Shown piece after piece: positions 52,266-63,032 of a stretch of DNA of 64,000 bases. The stretch comes from Candidatus Dormiibacterota bacterium (GTDB lineage Bacteria > Chloroflexota > Dormibacteria > Aeolococcales > Aeolococcaceae), in assembly GCA_963709585.1 (NCBI GenBank), contig CAVPXI010000004.1:1-64000 (forward strand), written 5' to 3'. The notes below the pieces were generated by a model. That model was not told the DNA's origin, did not search any database, and saw only the letters and a program-made list of their open reading frames with translations. The position numbers were made by a program, and so were the translations under genes. Each line of letters begins with the position of its first letter. Position 1 is the first letter of the stretch.

Positions 52266-54861
52266 GTGAACGTCGTCGCAGCGCCGGCACGCCATCGAAC
52301 CTGGATCGCGGGCTTCCCCCTTGGGGCGCTCCTGGCCGGCATGCTCAGCTTCGGCGGGCCGGTTACGACGGCAGAGGCATCAGGGACGCCGGCCTGGACC
52401 GCATATGTCGCCAACCAGGCGACGAACAACGTGACGCCGGTCGACACCGCAACCGGGGCGACGGGATCAGCGATCGCAGTGGGCAGCGAACCCGGCGCGA
52501 TCGCCATCACGCCGGACGGGAAGACCGCTTATGTCGTCAATCAGAGTTCGGACAACGTGACACCGATCAATACACTGACCAACATCGCGGGGGCGCCAAT
52601 AGCAGTGGGGTCCCTTCCGCAGGGAATCGCCATCTCGCCGGACGGCAAGATGGCCTACGTGACCAACGCGTTGTCGAACTCGGTCACTCCCATCAATATC
52701 GCCACAAATACCACTCAACCTTGGATTCCAGTTGGCCAGGATCCCGAAGGCATCGCAATCACACCCGATGGACGCACCGCCTACGTGGTGCACCCGGGCA
52801 CCGGCACCGGCAGCGTGAGCGCGATTGACCTGGCGACCGGGAAAGTGGGCACGACCATTACGGTTGGGGGCGGGGCACAGAATCTTGCAATCACTCCTGA
52901 CGGTGTCACCTTGTACGTGGCCGACGGACGATCGGACGCTGTGACGCCCATCGCCACGGCTACGAACGTCGCTGGAACGCCGATCGCGCTCGGCGCGAAC
53001 ATGAACGCGGACGATGTCGCAATCTCACCAAATGGCGCGACGGCGTATGTGACCGTCGGGGGTGGCAGCGTCATTCCGATCCACGTTGCCACCAACACTG
53101 CCGCCGCTCCAATTCCGGTCTCGGGCGGTTCTGCTGGGATCTCGTTGACGCCGGACGGCAAGACGGCGTTCGTCACCAGTCTCAACACCATCGTCACCCC
53201 GATCGATACGGGTACGAACACAACCGAGACGCCCATCACTGTGGGGAATGAATCCACCGGTGTCGCGATCACACCCGACCAGGCGCCGGTGGCGGATCTC
53301 TCCGTCTTGGGTTCGGCCCTGGGCACCGCTACGAGCTTTGATGCATCGAGGTCGACGGTGGCGTACGGCAGCATCGCTTCGTACGCCTGGAATTTCGGAG
53401 ACGGCGCCACAGCCACGACGACGACGTCCACGACCACGCACACCTATGCGGCCGTCGGGACCTACACGGCGACGGTCACGGAAACTAGTACTGCCGGAAC
53501 GTCGACGACCACCGTCTACACCGGCCAGATGATGAGTCAGAACGGCGGACCGTCGGCGCGAACGTCACAGGTGGTCACGATCATCGCGCCCGGGGCGTAT
53601 ACAGCCCTGAGTTCCCTTCCGCGTATGCGATACGCGAGCGGTGCTGCCGACCAATCAGTGCACAGCGCACACGTTCGGGACTGCGACTTCGATCGACGTA
53701 CACGTGACTGGAAAGACAGGTCCGCTGGGTCAGACCGTTCCGGCAGACGCGCTGGCGGTGGCGTTGAACGTGACCGCGCTCAGCGAAAGCACGACAAACA
53801 GCTTCATCAGCGTCTTCCCGGCCGGCGAAGCCCTCCCCAAGGTCTCGAACATCAGCTTCGATGCGGGCGCGACCCAGGCAAATCTCGTGGTGGTTCGCCT
53901 TGCCGTTGGCGGTGACGTCAGCGTGTTCAACGCCGTCGGGCGAGCCGATGTCGTCGTCGATGTCGAGGGCTATTTCGCGCCACCCGGCCCCACTCCAGTT
54001 GCGGGTGAGTATCACACCATGCCGCCACTCCGGATCTGCGATACTCGCGCCGGCAAGGGCACGGAGTGCGCGGGCAGCTTCGACAATCCCTTGCCAGCGA
54101 ACACCTGGCGTGACGTGGTGCTTTCGGGTCTTCCCTCCGGTGCGGCGAACAACACGCCGTCGATTCCCACGCAGAGTGCGGCAGCGGCAGTGTTCAACCT
54201 CACCGCGGTGAACGGCACGCAGGCGACCTACGTCACGGTTGCATCGCCGAACATGACGACAGACGCCTGCCCGACCAAACCGCCCGCGGCCTCCAACCTC
54301 AATCCGCCGACTGGCTCGGCGCTGCCCAACCGGATCATCTCGGCTCTCGGACCCCACCAGGACGTGTGCGTCTACAACGCGGCCGGCAGCATTGACGTCA
54401 TCATCGACATCAACGGCTGGTTCGGGGATGGCACGGAGGGAACAACCGCCCCACCCGGCGCGCTCTTCTACTCGATACCCCCGGCTCGCATCTGTGACAC
54501 TCGCCCCACCAGGAATGGATCGATAGCGAACTGTCAGAATCAGTTAATTGGGCCCAAAAGCCTCTTGGGGATCCAGGTGGCGGGCAAGAGCCTCGTGCCC
54601 GACTCGGGAGGGCCGAACCCGCCGATCGCAGTTGTGGCCAACCTCACCGCAGTGGCGGGGACTGCGACAACCTTCTTCACGCTCTTTCCTACGGACGCGA
54701 CGCAACCACTCTCGTCCGATCTCAACCCTCGCGCCGGGGACGTGGTGGCGAACCTTGCCTTCGTGACGATCGCGACGAGCGAGTTCTCCGGCGAGGTGAC
54801 CCTCTACAACGCCGCCGGTTCGATCAACGCGATACTCGACGTCGCAGGATGGTTCCAGTAG
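52266..54861 (+). CDS. Secreted YVTN/YncE beta-propeller + PKD + C-terminal repeat-domain surface protein (frameshift near 53610)
   Basis: Signal peptide; repeated AI(T/S)PDGxTAYV blades; PKD YAWNFGDG; repeated P.RICDTR...NLTAV...DVxGWF modules. Confidence 0.85.
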
Positions 54862-54919
54862 CCAACGAGTAGCCCGTAGGCCTAGCGTCAGTCGCGGGAT
54901 CGCCCTGGCGATCGAGAAC

Positions 54920-55615
54920 CTATTGCGGCGGTAGAAGTGGCGGCGGCGGCGGCGGTGGAGGAGGCGGCGGCGCCACCGGTGGCACCGGCATCGAAGCGTG
55001 AGCGCTAACCGGCGCGGGTCGCCGGGGCGCAAGAAAGGTCATGGTCAGCACGTATGCGAATCCCGCGTCGCAGAGCAGGGAGACGACGCTGGCGGCTACC
55101 GCGGTCGCCGGCTCCGCGCCGAGTCGGGACACGGCAGCGAGCGCCCCGATCACGACGACCACCAACACGATTACACGGGCAACCCCGTACTTGATGAGCC
55201 AGACAACCACCGCGTAGAACACGATGGCGAAGAACGCGACAATCGCAAGGAATGGGCGAATGTTGAGCGTCTGGTCGAGGATCTGGCCAGTGTTCGCATC
55301 CTGCACCGGAACACTGATCGTTGGGACGAGCAGCGCCACCGCAAAGATGCCGAGCACCGAGAGCGCGCCATAGGCGAGCGCGATCCAGCGCGCGATCGAG
55401 ATCCAGTCGGTCCCCACCACCAGCGGTGCGAGCGAGACCATGGGTGCATTGGTGGCGACGGCCGTGGGAGCCGTGCCATCCCGGGCCTGGTCGACACGAC
55501 GGCCGTCGGGCAGAATGAGCGGCGACCCGCACCGTTTGCAGGTCGTCGAGCTCTTGAGCTCCGACCATCTCCAACAAGTGGGGCAGCAGACGGCAACGGC
55601 GGCGGTGGCGGCCAT
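54920..55615 (-). CDS. Zinc-ribbon membrane protein with poly-Pro tail
   Basis: CCPTC...CKRC, about four TM helices, C-terminal poly-P. Confidence 0.75.
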   Translation of the reverse strand: MAATAAVAVCCPTCWRWSELKSSTTCKRCGSPLILPDGRRVDQARDGTAPTAVATNAPMVSLAPLVVGTDWISIARWIALAYGALSVLGIFAVALLVPTISVPVQDANTGQILDQTLNIRPFLAIVAFFAIVFYAVVVWLIKYGVARVIVLVVVVIGALAAVSRLGAEPATAVAASVVSLLCDAGFAYVLTMTFLAPRRPAPVSAHASMPVPPVAPPPPPPPPPPPLLPPQ

Positions 55616-55698
55616 CGCCCATTCTCTGCAGCGATCGACGGAAGGCTCAGCGCCGTTCGCGGACGGTGCCACGCCCGTGACCGGTCCGCGTCAATCCG

Positions 55699-55911
55699 TC
55701 AGCGGACTCGGACGGCCCACCCCACGGGTGCGACATCCACGGGCGGCGGCTCAGGGGCAGCGACGGTATCACTGGGTGGCGGTGCCGCCGCAACCTCGTC
55801 GGCTCGACGACCGTCCGGAAGGATGAGCGGCGTGCCGCAGCGCTTGCAGGCCATCGCCGTCCCCAATTCCGACCATTTCCAGCACGTCGGGCAACAGAGT
55901 TGTATGAGCAC
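55699..55911 (-). CDS. Stand-alone zinc-ribbon paralog (70 aa)
   Basis: CCPTCWKWSEL...CKRCGTPLILPDGRR, nearly identical to the N-terminus of the downstream gene. Confidence 0.65.
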   Translation of the reverse strand: MLIQLCCPTCWKWSELGTAMACKRCGTPLILPDGRRADEVAAAPPPSDTVAAPEPPPVDVAPVGWAVRVR

Positions 55912-56070
55912 CGCTCATTCTCAGCAGTCACCGGCGGCTGGCCGGGCATCGTGCGAGGACGGTGCCGGGACCGTGACCGGTTCAGCGCAGACCGAGATAT
56001 AGCATAACCGGCGGTCGTAACTGCGCCGCCGATCGCTGCGTTTCTCGCATTGATGGCACGAACGGTTCGG

Positions 56071-57258
56071 ATGACGCGTCTTCTCGCCGGCGGCGCCGGA
56101 AGCGTCCTGCTGCTCGCGGCTTGCTCGTCTGCGCCCGGAACGCCTTCACGGAGCCCGAGCCCATCGCCGTCTGCAGCGGTCACGACGACGCCGAGCCTGC
56201 TCCCATCACCATCTCCGAGCGCGTTGCCATCGCCAACTCCGTTGCCGGCGCAGGCGTCAGTCCCCGCCGGCTTCGAGCCGAACTCGGTTACCTTCGTCTC
56301 GCTCGAGATGGGATGGGTTCTCGGGAGTGCCCCCTGCGGGAGCGGCACCTGTCTCGCACTCGTTCGAACCCTGAACGCGGGGCGGACCTGGTCTGCAGTG
56401 CAGGCACCGCCAACCCTGTTCTCACCGACGAGCGCGTCGGACCAGGGTGTGAGCCAGGTGCGTTTCGCCGACGCGCACGACGGATGGGTGTTTGGACCCC
56501 AGCTCTGGTCGACGCATGACGGCGGCACCCACTGGCGCGAGAGCAGCCTCACCGGCGTCTGGACCCTGGAGACGTCAGCCGGCCACGTGCATGCGGTCGC
56601 ATTCGGGCAGTCGACGGACGGCTTTGCGATCGAATCGAGCGTGACCACCAGCGACGTGTGGGTCAGGACCGGCTCACTTCAGACCGGCGCGGGGCCCGTG
56701 CCTGCATCCGACCTCGTACTCCAGGGGACCACCGGGTGGGCCATCGAGAACGACAGAACGGTTGTCGGCGGCGCTCGTCTCGTTGCGGGCCACTGGGTCA
56801 CATGGCGCGCACCCTGCGCTACCAATGGCGGTGCCGCGGAGATCGGCGCAGCGAGTATCTCGTCGCTCGTCGCGGTCTGCCAGCAGGGGATCTGGGGGCC
56901 GTCCGGTTACGCCGGACCGCCCGCGGTGCGTGCGTACTTCTCCGGCAACGGTGGCGCCACCTTCTATGGCGGTGGCACTGTTCCGGGCCAGGCGAATGCA
57001 TCCGGCCACGTGGTGGCCAGCCCCGCCCCGGGAGTGGCCGTGACCGACATTCTCACGAACACGCATCGCGCTCTCGTCGAGACGTTCAACAACGGAGCCT
57101 CCTGGCGAGTCGTGGCGAGTGTTTCACCAATGGCCATGTTCACGTACCTCGGCTTCACGAGCTCATTGCAGGGCGTGACGATCGAATCGAACGGCACGGC
57201 GTCGGCCCTGCTCATGACGTTTGACGGCGGACGAGTCTGGTCGCTGGTGAGGTTCTAG
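56071..57258 (+). CDS. Lipoprotein with Asp-box/BNR (YCF48-like) beta-propeller
   Basis: Lipobox LAAC, Pro/Ser linker, repeats TLNAGRTW, THDGGTHW, TFDGGRVW. Confidence 0.85.
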   Translation: MTRLLAGGAGSVLLLAACSSAPGTPSRSPSPSPSAAVTTTPSLLPSPSPSALPSPTPLPAQASVPAGFEPNSVTFVSLEMGWVLGSAPCGSGTCLALVRTLNAGRTWSAVQAPPTLFSPTSASDQGVSQVRFADAHDGWVFGPQLWSTHDGGTHWRESSLTGVWTLETSAGHVHAVAFGQSTDGFAIESSVTTSDVWVRTGSLQTGAGPVPASDLVLQGTTGWAIENDRTVVGGARLVAGHWVTWRAPCATNGGAAEIGAASISSLVAVCQQGIWGPSGYAGPPAVRAYFSGNGGATFYGGGTVPGQANASGHVVASPAPGVAVTDILTNTHRALVETFNNGASWRVVASVSPMAMFTYLGFTSSLQGVTIESNGTASALLMTFDGGRVWSLVRF

Positions 57259-57345
57259 CGCTCCGACCTCAGACGAATCGCGCAAATCGTCAACCCTCGA
57301 TCGTCATAAGCTGCGCGGGGATGGATCACAAACCACGGAGAACTC

Positions 57346-58158
57346 ATGGTCCAAACAGCGCGCTCCGCAGACGGAACGACGATCGCGTACGAACGCACGG
57401 GTGACGGCCCCGTCCTGATCCTCGCCGGCGGTGCGCTGAACAACCGGCACTCCGCCGACGCGTTGGTCCCTCTCCTCGCGGAGAAGTTCTCCGTCGTCGC
57501 CTTCGACCGTCGTGGTCGCGGAGACAGCACCGACACGCCGCCGTACGCCCCGGCGCGCGAGGTGGAGGACCTCATGGCGCTTATCGATGCGGTCGGTGGT
57601 TCGGCGATGGTCTTCGGACACTCCTCCGGGGCTGTGCTCTCGCTGGAGGCCGCGGCAGACGGCGCAGCAATCACCCGGCTCGCCGTCAACGAGCCGCCCT
57701 ACCTCACGGGCAACGCGGAGACGGGAAGCGCCACGCTGCGGGGGATCGAGGCTGCCCTCGACGCAGGCGATCGGGGCACGGCCGTGGAGATCTTCATCCG
57801 CGGTACCGGCGTCCCGTTCGACCCGGCGATGAAGACGCAACCCTGGTTCGTCGGCCTGGAAGCGGTGGCCCACACCCTTCCTTACGATCTCGCCATGGTT
57901 GGGGACAGCAGCGTCCCCGTCGACCGCCTGGCGAAGATCACCGCCCCCACGCTCGGCCTTTACGGCAGCGCCAGCCCCGCGTGGGCTGCAGCATCAATCG
58001 GCGCAGTCATCGGCGCCATCCCCGGTGCGACCCAGAAGGTGCTCGAAGGCCAAACGCACGCGGCCGACCCTGCGGTGCTGGCGGCGGTCCTGATCGACTA
58101 CTTCGGCCTTCCAGCACGGGACACTTCCGGCCCCCGCATCCGAACCGTAGCCCCATAA
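57346..58158 (+). CDS. Alpha/beta hydrolase
   Basis: SADGTTIAY, DRRGRGDS, GHSSG, GQTH. Confidence 0.9.
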   Translation: MVQTARSADGTTIAYERTGDGPVLILAGGALNNRHSADALVPLLAEKFSVVAFDRRGRGDSTDTPPYAPAREVEDLMALIDAVGGSAMVFGHSSGAVLSLEAAADGAAITRLAVNEPPYLTGNAETGSATLRGIEAALDAGDRGTAVEIFIRGTGVPFDPAMKTQPWFVGLEAVAHTLPYDLAMVGDSSVPVDRLAKITAPTLGLYGSASPAWAAASIGAVIGAIPGATQKVLEGQTHAADPAVLAAVLIDYFGLPARDTSGPRIRTVAP

Positions 58159-58460
58159 GTCAGTCCGTCATCGACAACACCGCCGAAGGACAACTCGCCG
58201 TGTCCATGGACGGGACCACGGCAACGCTGGAGTACAAGCTACACGGCGATCGCTTGCACCTCTTGCACACCGAAGTCCCCGAAGCGTTTCGCGGCCAAGG
58301 CGTCGGCGGCCGACTGATCGAAGCGGCCCTTGCCAAAGCCCGGGCAGACCACCTTACGATCGTGCCCTGGTGCCCCTACGCACGCAGATGGCTGGAGGAG
58401 CACCCCGACCAGATCAGCGACGTCACCTTGGACTTCAAAGCTAGACCGTCCAAGAAGTAG
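58155..58460 (+). CDS. Small GNAT-family (YjdJ-like) acetyltransferase; start uncertain
   Basis: HTEVPEAFRGQGVG, VPWCPY. Confidence 0.8.
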   Translation: MSQSVIDNTAEGQLAVSMDGTTATLEYKLHGDRLHLLHTEVPEAFRGQGVGGRLIEAALAKARADHLTIVPWCPYARRWLEEHPDQISDVTLDFKARPSKK

Positions 58461-58501
58461 GGAGAGGGATTCGCCTCCTCACCTGACATCGGACGCCGTC
58501 G

Positions 58502-59173
58502 TCACCCCGCAAGCAGCATGGAGCCGAGTGCTCCTGCAAGCCAATGTTCGTACCGAGCGTGACTCCAGCCGCGATCGCGCGTGAGCACCCAGTGCAACTC
58601 GGGTGACATGAGCCCGTAGACGATGTCCAGCGCCATGGCATCGGTGAGCGATGGGGTCAGCGCATCAAGTCGCCGCAGCGCGGCGATGACTCGCGATTGG
58701 CCGTCGGCCCGCTGCCGCCGGTTGATAGCGAGAAGCTCCGCTGCAGTCGGTTCAACCGACGCAGCGGTGCGGAGCATGTGCTGCAGCGAAGCGGAGCGCT
58801 CGAGCACAGTCCTCGCCAGGTGCGCATATCCAGCGAGGAGCTTGCGAGGGTCGCTCTCCGCCGCTGCGCGCATCGCGTCGGGACGTTCATGGAGGGCCGA
58901 TGGCAGGTCGTCGCCGACGTAGGCCGTCTCGAGCACCGCACGGAGGATGTCGGCCTTGGTCGCAAAGAGGCGGTAGAGGGAGGCCATCGGCGTGTCCGAT
59001 GCCGTGCCGATCGCCTCCATCGTGGTTGCCGGATAGCCGCGCTCGAGGAAGAGGGACCCCGCAGCATCGACGACCCGCCGGCGAACGGTCCGGACACGAT
59101 CGGCACGGCGTGAGTTGTCGTAGCTGCGCGGCCCGGACGACCGAGGACCGCTGGGCCGCTTGACAAGAGCCAT
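58502..59173 (-). CDS. TetR-family regulator
   Basis: RSYDNSRR, GYPATTMEAI...SLYRLFATK. Confidence 0.9.
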   Translation of the reverse strand: MALVKRPSGPRSSGPRSYDNSRRADRVRTVRRRVVDAAGSLFLERGYPATTMEAIGTASDTPMASLYRLFATKADILRAVLETAYVGDDLPSALHERPDAMRAAAESDPRKLLAGYAHLARTVLERSASLQHMLRTAASVEPTAAELLAINRRQRADGQSRVIAALRRLDALTPSLTDAMALDIVYGLMSPELHWVLTRDRGWSHARYEHWLAGALGSMLLAG

Positions 59174-59182
59174 GCAATTTGC

Positions 59183-59217
59183 GAGAGTACCACTCTCAGG
59201 TGAGAGTTACACTCTCA
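59183..59217. promoter_or_regulatory. Tandem palindromic TetR operators
   Basis: GAGAG-TACCA-CTCTC and TGAGAG-TTACA-CTCTCA in the 59-bp divergent intergenic region. Confidence 0.8.
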
Positions 59218-59232
59218 CCAAAGAGGTGATCG

Positions 59233-59667
59233 ATGGAGGACGACCACATGGCAGCGACGACACTGAGCAACAAACAGGTGGTCGACGAGTTCGACCGCAT
59301 CCTGAACACCCGTGACGTGAAGCGTCTCGACGAGCTCTGCACCCCCGACATGGTCAACCACGCGCTTGCCCCCGGTCGGCCCCCCGGGCTGGCGGGCACG
59401 AAGGAGTTCTTGGCGTCGGAGGCCGGGCGGAGCTTCCAGGGCGATACCTGGGAGAGCCTCGAAACAATCGCCGAGGGTGACTTCGTTGTGCAGCACGGTG
59501 TTCGCGGCGGCCACTGGCCCGGCGGCCCGTTTCTCGGGTTCCCGACTCAGCCGGGCGACTATCGGCGCGAGGTCGTCTTCATGTACCGGCTTCGCGATGG
59601 TCGCATCTGCGATCGGTGGGCAGTGCGCGACGACCTCACCATGCTGCGGCAGCTGCGAGCAATCTGA
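59233..59667 (+). CDS. SnoaL-like ester cyclase / NTF2-family protein
   Basis: IAEGDFVV, FLGFP, YRLRDGRI..RWAVRDDL. Confidence 0.88.
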   Translation: MEDDHMAATTLSNKQVVDEFDRILNTRDVKRLDELCTPDMVNHALAPGRPPGLAGTKEFLASEAGRSFQGDTWESLETIAEGDFVVQHGVRGGHWPGGPFLGFPTQPGDYRREVVFMYRLRDGRICDRWAVRDDLTMLRQLRAI

Positions 59668-59706
59668 TGTCGAGTCGCTCCGGGCGTTCCACGATAGCTG
59701 TGCGTA

Positions 59707-60539
59707 TCAGCCCCGCTGTTCCGCGATTGAGTTGCCGCCATCGACCACGAGACACTGGCCTGTGATGTACGAAGCCCCGGGCGTGCACAGGAACCCGACC
59801 ACCGCGGCGACCTCGTCGGGCCGTGCGCAGCGGCCGACGGGAGTGTGCTCGCCTTGCCGGACCTCATCGGGCGCCTGGCTCGCTGTTGCGACCCATCCCG
59901 GCGCGACCGCGTTGACCGTCACTCCTGCCGCGGCACTGTCGACAGCGACAGCACGTGCCAGCCCCACCATGCCGGCTTTGGCCGCGGCGTAGGCGGTCTC
60001 TGCTCGCATCGCCATGACCGGCCCCTGAGCGACGCGAGCATCACCACCCGGCCCCAGCCGCCGGCGATCATCGGCGGAAGGACGGCGCGCGTCGTCAGGT
60101 AGGCGGTGTCCAGATTGCGGTTGAGTGCCCGATGCCACTGCTCCATCGGCAGGTCGGCCAGCGCGCCTGACTCAGAGCCGCTGCCGGGCTCGAGGGACAG
60201 TGCGGGAAGCGACACACTCGTCATGCCGGCGTTGTTCACCAGCACGGTGGGAGTGCCCAGTGCCGCCACGACTTCGGCGACTGCGCGACCAACTTGTTCC
60301 TCGTCGGTGAGGTTGGCGATCACGCCGACAGCTGCAGCGCCACTCGCAGCCAGCTCGGCGGCTCGCTCGTGTACCCGAGCGGTAGTTGCCGTCAACGCCA
60401 CGGCCGCACCCAGTTCGGAGAGCAGCCGGGCCGTTGCGAAACCGATGCCCTCAGCGGAGCCGGCGCCGGTCACCAACGCCACCTTTCCAGCCAACGAGAA
60501 GGCTGCGGGCACGATGCTCGACGATGTGTTGTCGCCCAC
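59707..60539 (-). CDS. Short-chain dehydrogenase/reductase (frameshift near 60030)
   Basis: ALVTGAG..GIG, NNAG, YAAAK, VNAVAPG. Confidence 0.88.
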
Positions 60540-60540
60540 G

Positions 60541-61911
60541 TCAGTTGCTCGCGCTGCCGATCAAATCGTCAACCGCATCGGCGAATAGCCCCGTGTGCAG
60601 TTGCACGTCGGCCGCGCTGGTGACGGGACACATCAACGCCATATTGTGAAATGGAGTGATCAGGACGCCTCGATTGATCATGTAAAGATGAAAATACTCG
60701 TCGAGCTCCTCGTCGCCAGCAGCTGCCGACGAGCTGCCGTCGCGCGGGGCGGGTGACGCGAAGCGATACTCTGAGCGAGCACCCAGCTGACTGATCGACC
60801 ACGGCACTCCCCTGCGGTCGATGGTCTCCTGCACACCACGAGTGAATGTGGTGGCGGCGTCGATCATGTGAGCGAACGCCTCGGCTGTCAGCACCTGCTC
60901 GAGCGTGGCCCGCATTGCTGCGACGGAGAGGGCGTTGCCGGCCAGCGTGCCGCCAACTCCACCGACATCGATGAGATCGGCCTCGGGGTGCGCCTCGATC
61001 ATGTGAGCGACAGCCTCGCTGATGCCATAGGCGCCGGACGGGATGCCGCCCCCGATGCTCTTGCCGATCACGAGGATGTCCGGCCGAAGACCCCAGAGCC
61101 GTGTCGCGCCTCCAGGGCCGGCCGAGAACGTGTGTGTCTCGTCGATCACGAGCAGCGCGCCATGCACGCTCGCGAGCTCACGCAAGCCGTCCATGAATCC
61201 CGTCGTGGGTAGAACGATCCCGATGTTGGTCAGAGCCGGCTCTGTGAGAATCGCCGCCACGTCGCCATGGGCGAGCTGCGCGGCCACGGTATCCAGGTCG
61301 TTGAACTCGGCGACGCGCGTCGTCATCTGCAGCGGAACGGGTGCACCAGCGTTGCCGGCTCTCGCCACAGCCTCCGCGTCAGGGCCGGGTACCGCGAAGG
61401 CCTCGTCCACCGAGCCGTGGTAGCAGTAGGCGAATGTCAGGACCTTCGGCCGTCCGGTGGCGAGCCGGGCGAGCCGGAGCGCCCATCGGTTGGCGTCGGT
61501 CGCCGTCAGCGTGAACGACCACAGCGGTAACCCAAAGCGCCGGGTCAGCTCCGCGCCGACCCATTCGCCGTCGGCGGTCGGCAGCATGGCGGTGGCACCA
61601 CCCAGCCGGCTCAGGCGCTCGCTAACAGCGTCAACCACCGGCTTGGGGCTGTGTCCGGCCATCGCCCCCGTGTCTCCCAGCGCGAAATCGACGTATTCGT
61701 GTCTGTCGACGTCGACGATGCGATTGCCGAACGCGTGCTCGAGATACAGCGGAAAGCCGCCACTCCATTTGGCCATCCACGTCATCGGCACGTGTCCAAA
61801 CAGGTGATCGGCGGCCCGGAACAGCGCCGCCGATTTTGGGTGCAGTGCGTCGTAGGAGGCACGCTCGCGTGCGATCAGAGATCCAAGCCGAGCGCGTTCG
61901 ATCACGGACAC
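60541..61911 (-). CDS. Class III PLP aminotransferase (GSA-aminomutase-like)
   Basis: YHG, IDETHT, GKSIGGG, GGTLAGN. Confidence 0.88.
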   Translation of the reverse strand: MSVIERARLGSLIARERASYDALHPKSAALFRAADHLFGHVPMTWMAKWSGGFPLYLEHAFGNRIVDVDRHEYVDFALGDTGAMAGHSPKPVVDAVSERLSRLGGATAMLPTADGEWVGAELTRRFGLPLWSFTLTATDANRWALRLARLATGRPKVLTFAYCYHGSVDEAFAVPGPDAEAVARAGNAGAPVPLQMTTRVAEFNDLDTVAAQLAHGDVAAILTEPALTNIGIVLPTTGFMDGLRELASVHGALLVIDETHTFSAGPGGATRLWGLRPDILVIGKSIGGGIPSGAYGISEAVAHMIEAHPEADLIDVGGVGGTLAGNALSVAAMRATLEQVLTAEAFAHMIDAATTFTRGVQETIDRRGVPWSISQLGARSEYRFASPAPRDGSSSAAAGDEELDEYFHLYMINRGVLITPFHNMALMCPVTSAADVQLHTGLFADAVDDLIGSASN

Positions 61912-62006
61912 CCGGCGACTTTGGCATCCATGGGCCATCGCGTCAAACTGCGACCGCTCGTCTTTGACTGCACAAACCCCGGAGGTCGGAGCGAATGTTC
62001 CTCGCG

Positions 62007-62615
62007 TCAGCTCGCGCGCTTGGTGCGAGCGGATGGGGCACGCGCGGCTTGCCTTCGGAGCGTCACCGCCGGTACGGGGCGCGCTCCCATCGCCTCGGCG
62101 TTCGCCCGGAGCTTCGCAAGCGTCTGGATGAGGTGCTCACGATCGGCTTCGCTGATCCCCGCCATCGCGTCCGTCGAAGTTGCGTGCACTTGCGCGAGCA
62201 TGAGGTCGACGAGCTTCCGAGCCTCGTCCGTGATATTGACGAGAAGCTTTCTCCGGTCGTCCGGATGCGGTTCGCGGCGCACGAGTCCGCGGCGTTCCAA
62301 CGTGTCGAGGAGTGACGTGATGCTCCCGCTCGTCAGCAGCAGACGCTCACCGATCACCTTTGGCGGCAGCGGCTCGCCGGCGCCTTCGATGACTGCGAGT
62401 GCCTGCCAGGCACTCAAGGAGAGATTGCCGATCGCCGACTTGTGGCGTCGATCCAACTCGGCGAGACAGACGGAGGACGTGCGAGCGAGGTTCAACAAAA
62501 CCTCGCTCGCAGACCTGCTTGCGCCCGGGAACTCGACCTCGAAGTGCGCCGCCTGGCGCAGCGGTTCCGGGCTGGGCTGCGCGTTCTTAGGCCGGCTGCG
62601 CGGCGAGGATTTCAC
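62007..62615 (-). CDS. MarR-family regulator
   Basis: LLTSGSITSLLDTLERRGLV, PDDRRKLLV. Confidence 0.9.
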   Translation of the reverse strand: MKSSPRSRPKNAQPSPEPLRQAAHFEVEFPGASRSASEVLLNLARTSSVCLAELDRRHKSAIGNLSLSAWQALAVIEGAGEPLPPKVIGERLLLTSGSITSLLDTLERRGLVRREPHPDDRRKLLVNITDEARKLVDLMLAQVHATSTDAMAGISEADREHLIQTLAKLRANAEAMGARPVPAVTLRRQAARAPSARTKRAS

Positions 62616-62874
62616 CGATCACCACTGTGGGCTCGCTGATCACTCCGATATTGTCCATGGTGGTCTTCAGCGAGGGATCAGAGAGGAAGCCCAGAACAGC
62701 CTCGCGTGACGGGGCATCCAGGACGACCAGGATGTTGTTCGGGTCATCGGCGCCGCGGTACACCTCGGCGTTCGTAAGGTCGTGCTTCTCCCTGACGGCC
62801 GCGTGGGCGTCGAAGCCGGGACGCCAGACGTCGTAGTCGCGAACCTTGTGCGCCACGGAGACTTTGGTTGCCAT
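62587..62874 (-). CDS. Small dimeric alpha-beta barrel (ABM/cyclase-like) protein
   Basis: HKVRDYDVWRPGFD...YRGADDPN; GGAGGA RBS. Confidence 0.8.
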   Translation of the reverse strand: MATKVSVAHKVRDYDVWRPGFDAHAAVREKHDLTNAEVYRGADDPNNILVVLDAPSREAVLGFLSDPSLKTTMDNIGVISEPTVVIGEILAAQPA

Positions 62875-62909
62875 GGTGGTCCTCCAGGGTCATGCTCGAG
62901 TGAGCATGT

Positions 62910-62939
62910 AACTTGAAACCAAGCTACTTGATATCAAGT
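62910..62939. promoter_or_regulatory. Putative MarR operator (tandem palindromes)
   Basis: Perfect ACTTGATATCAAGT at 62926-62939 preceded by imperfect CTTGAAACCAAG. Confidence 0.7.
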
Positions 62940-62974
62940 GGCTTTGTCAAGCCCTGGGCCTCTGGGCGGGTTTT

Positions 62975-63032
<58 letters not shown>

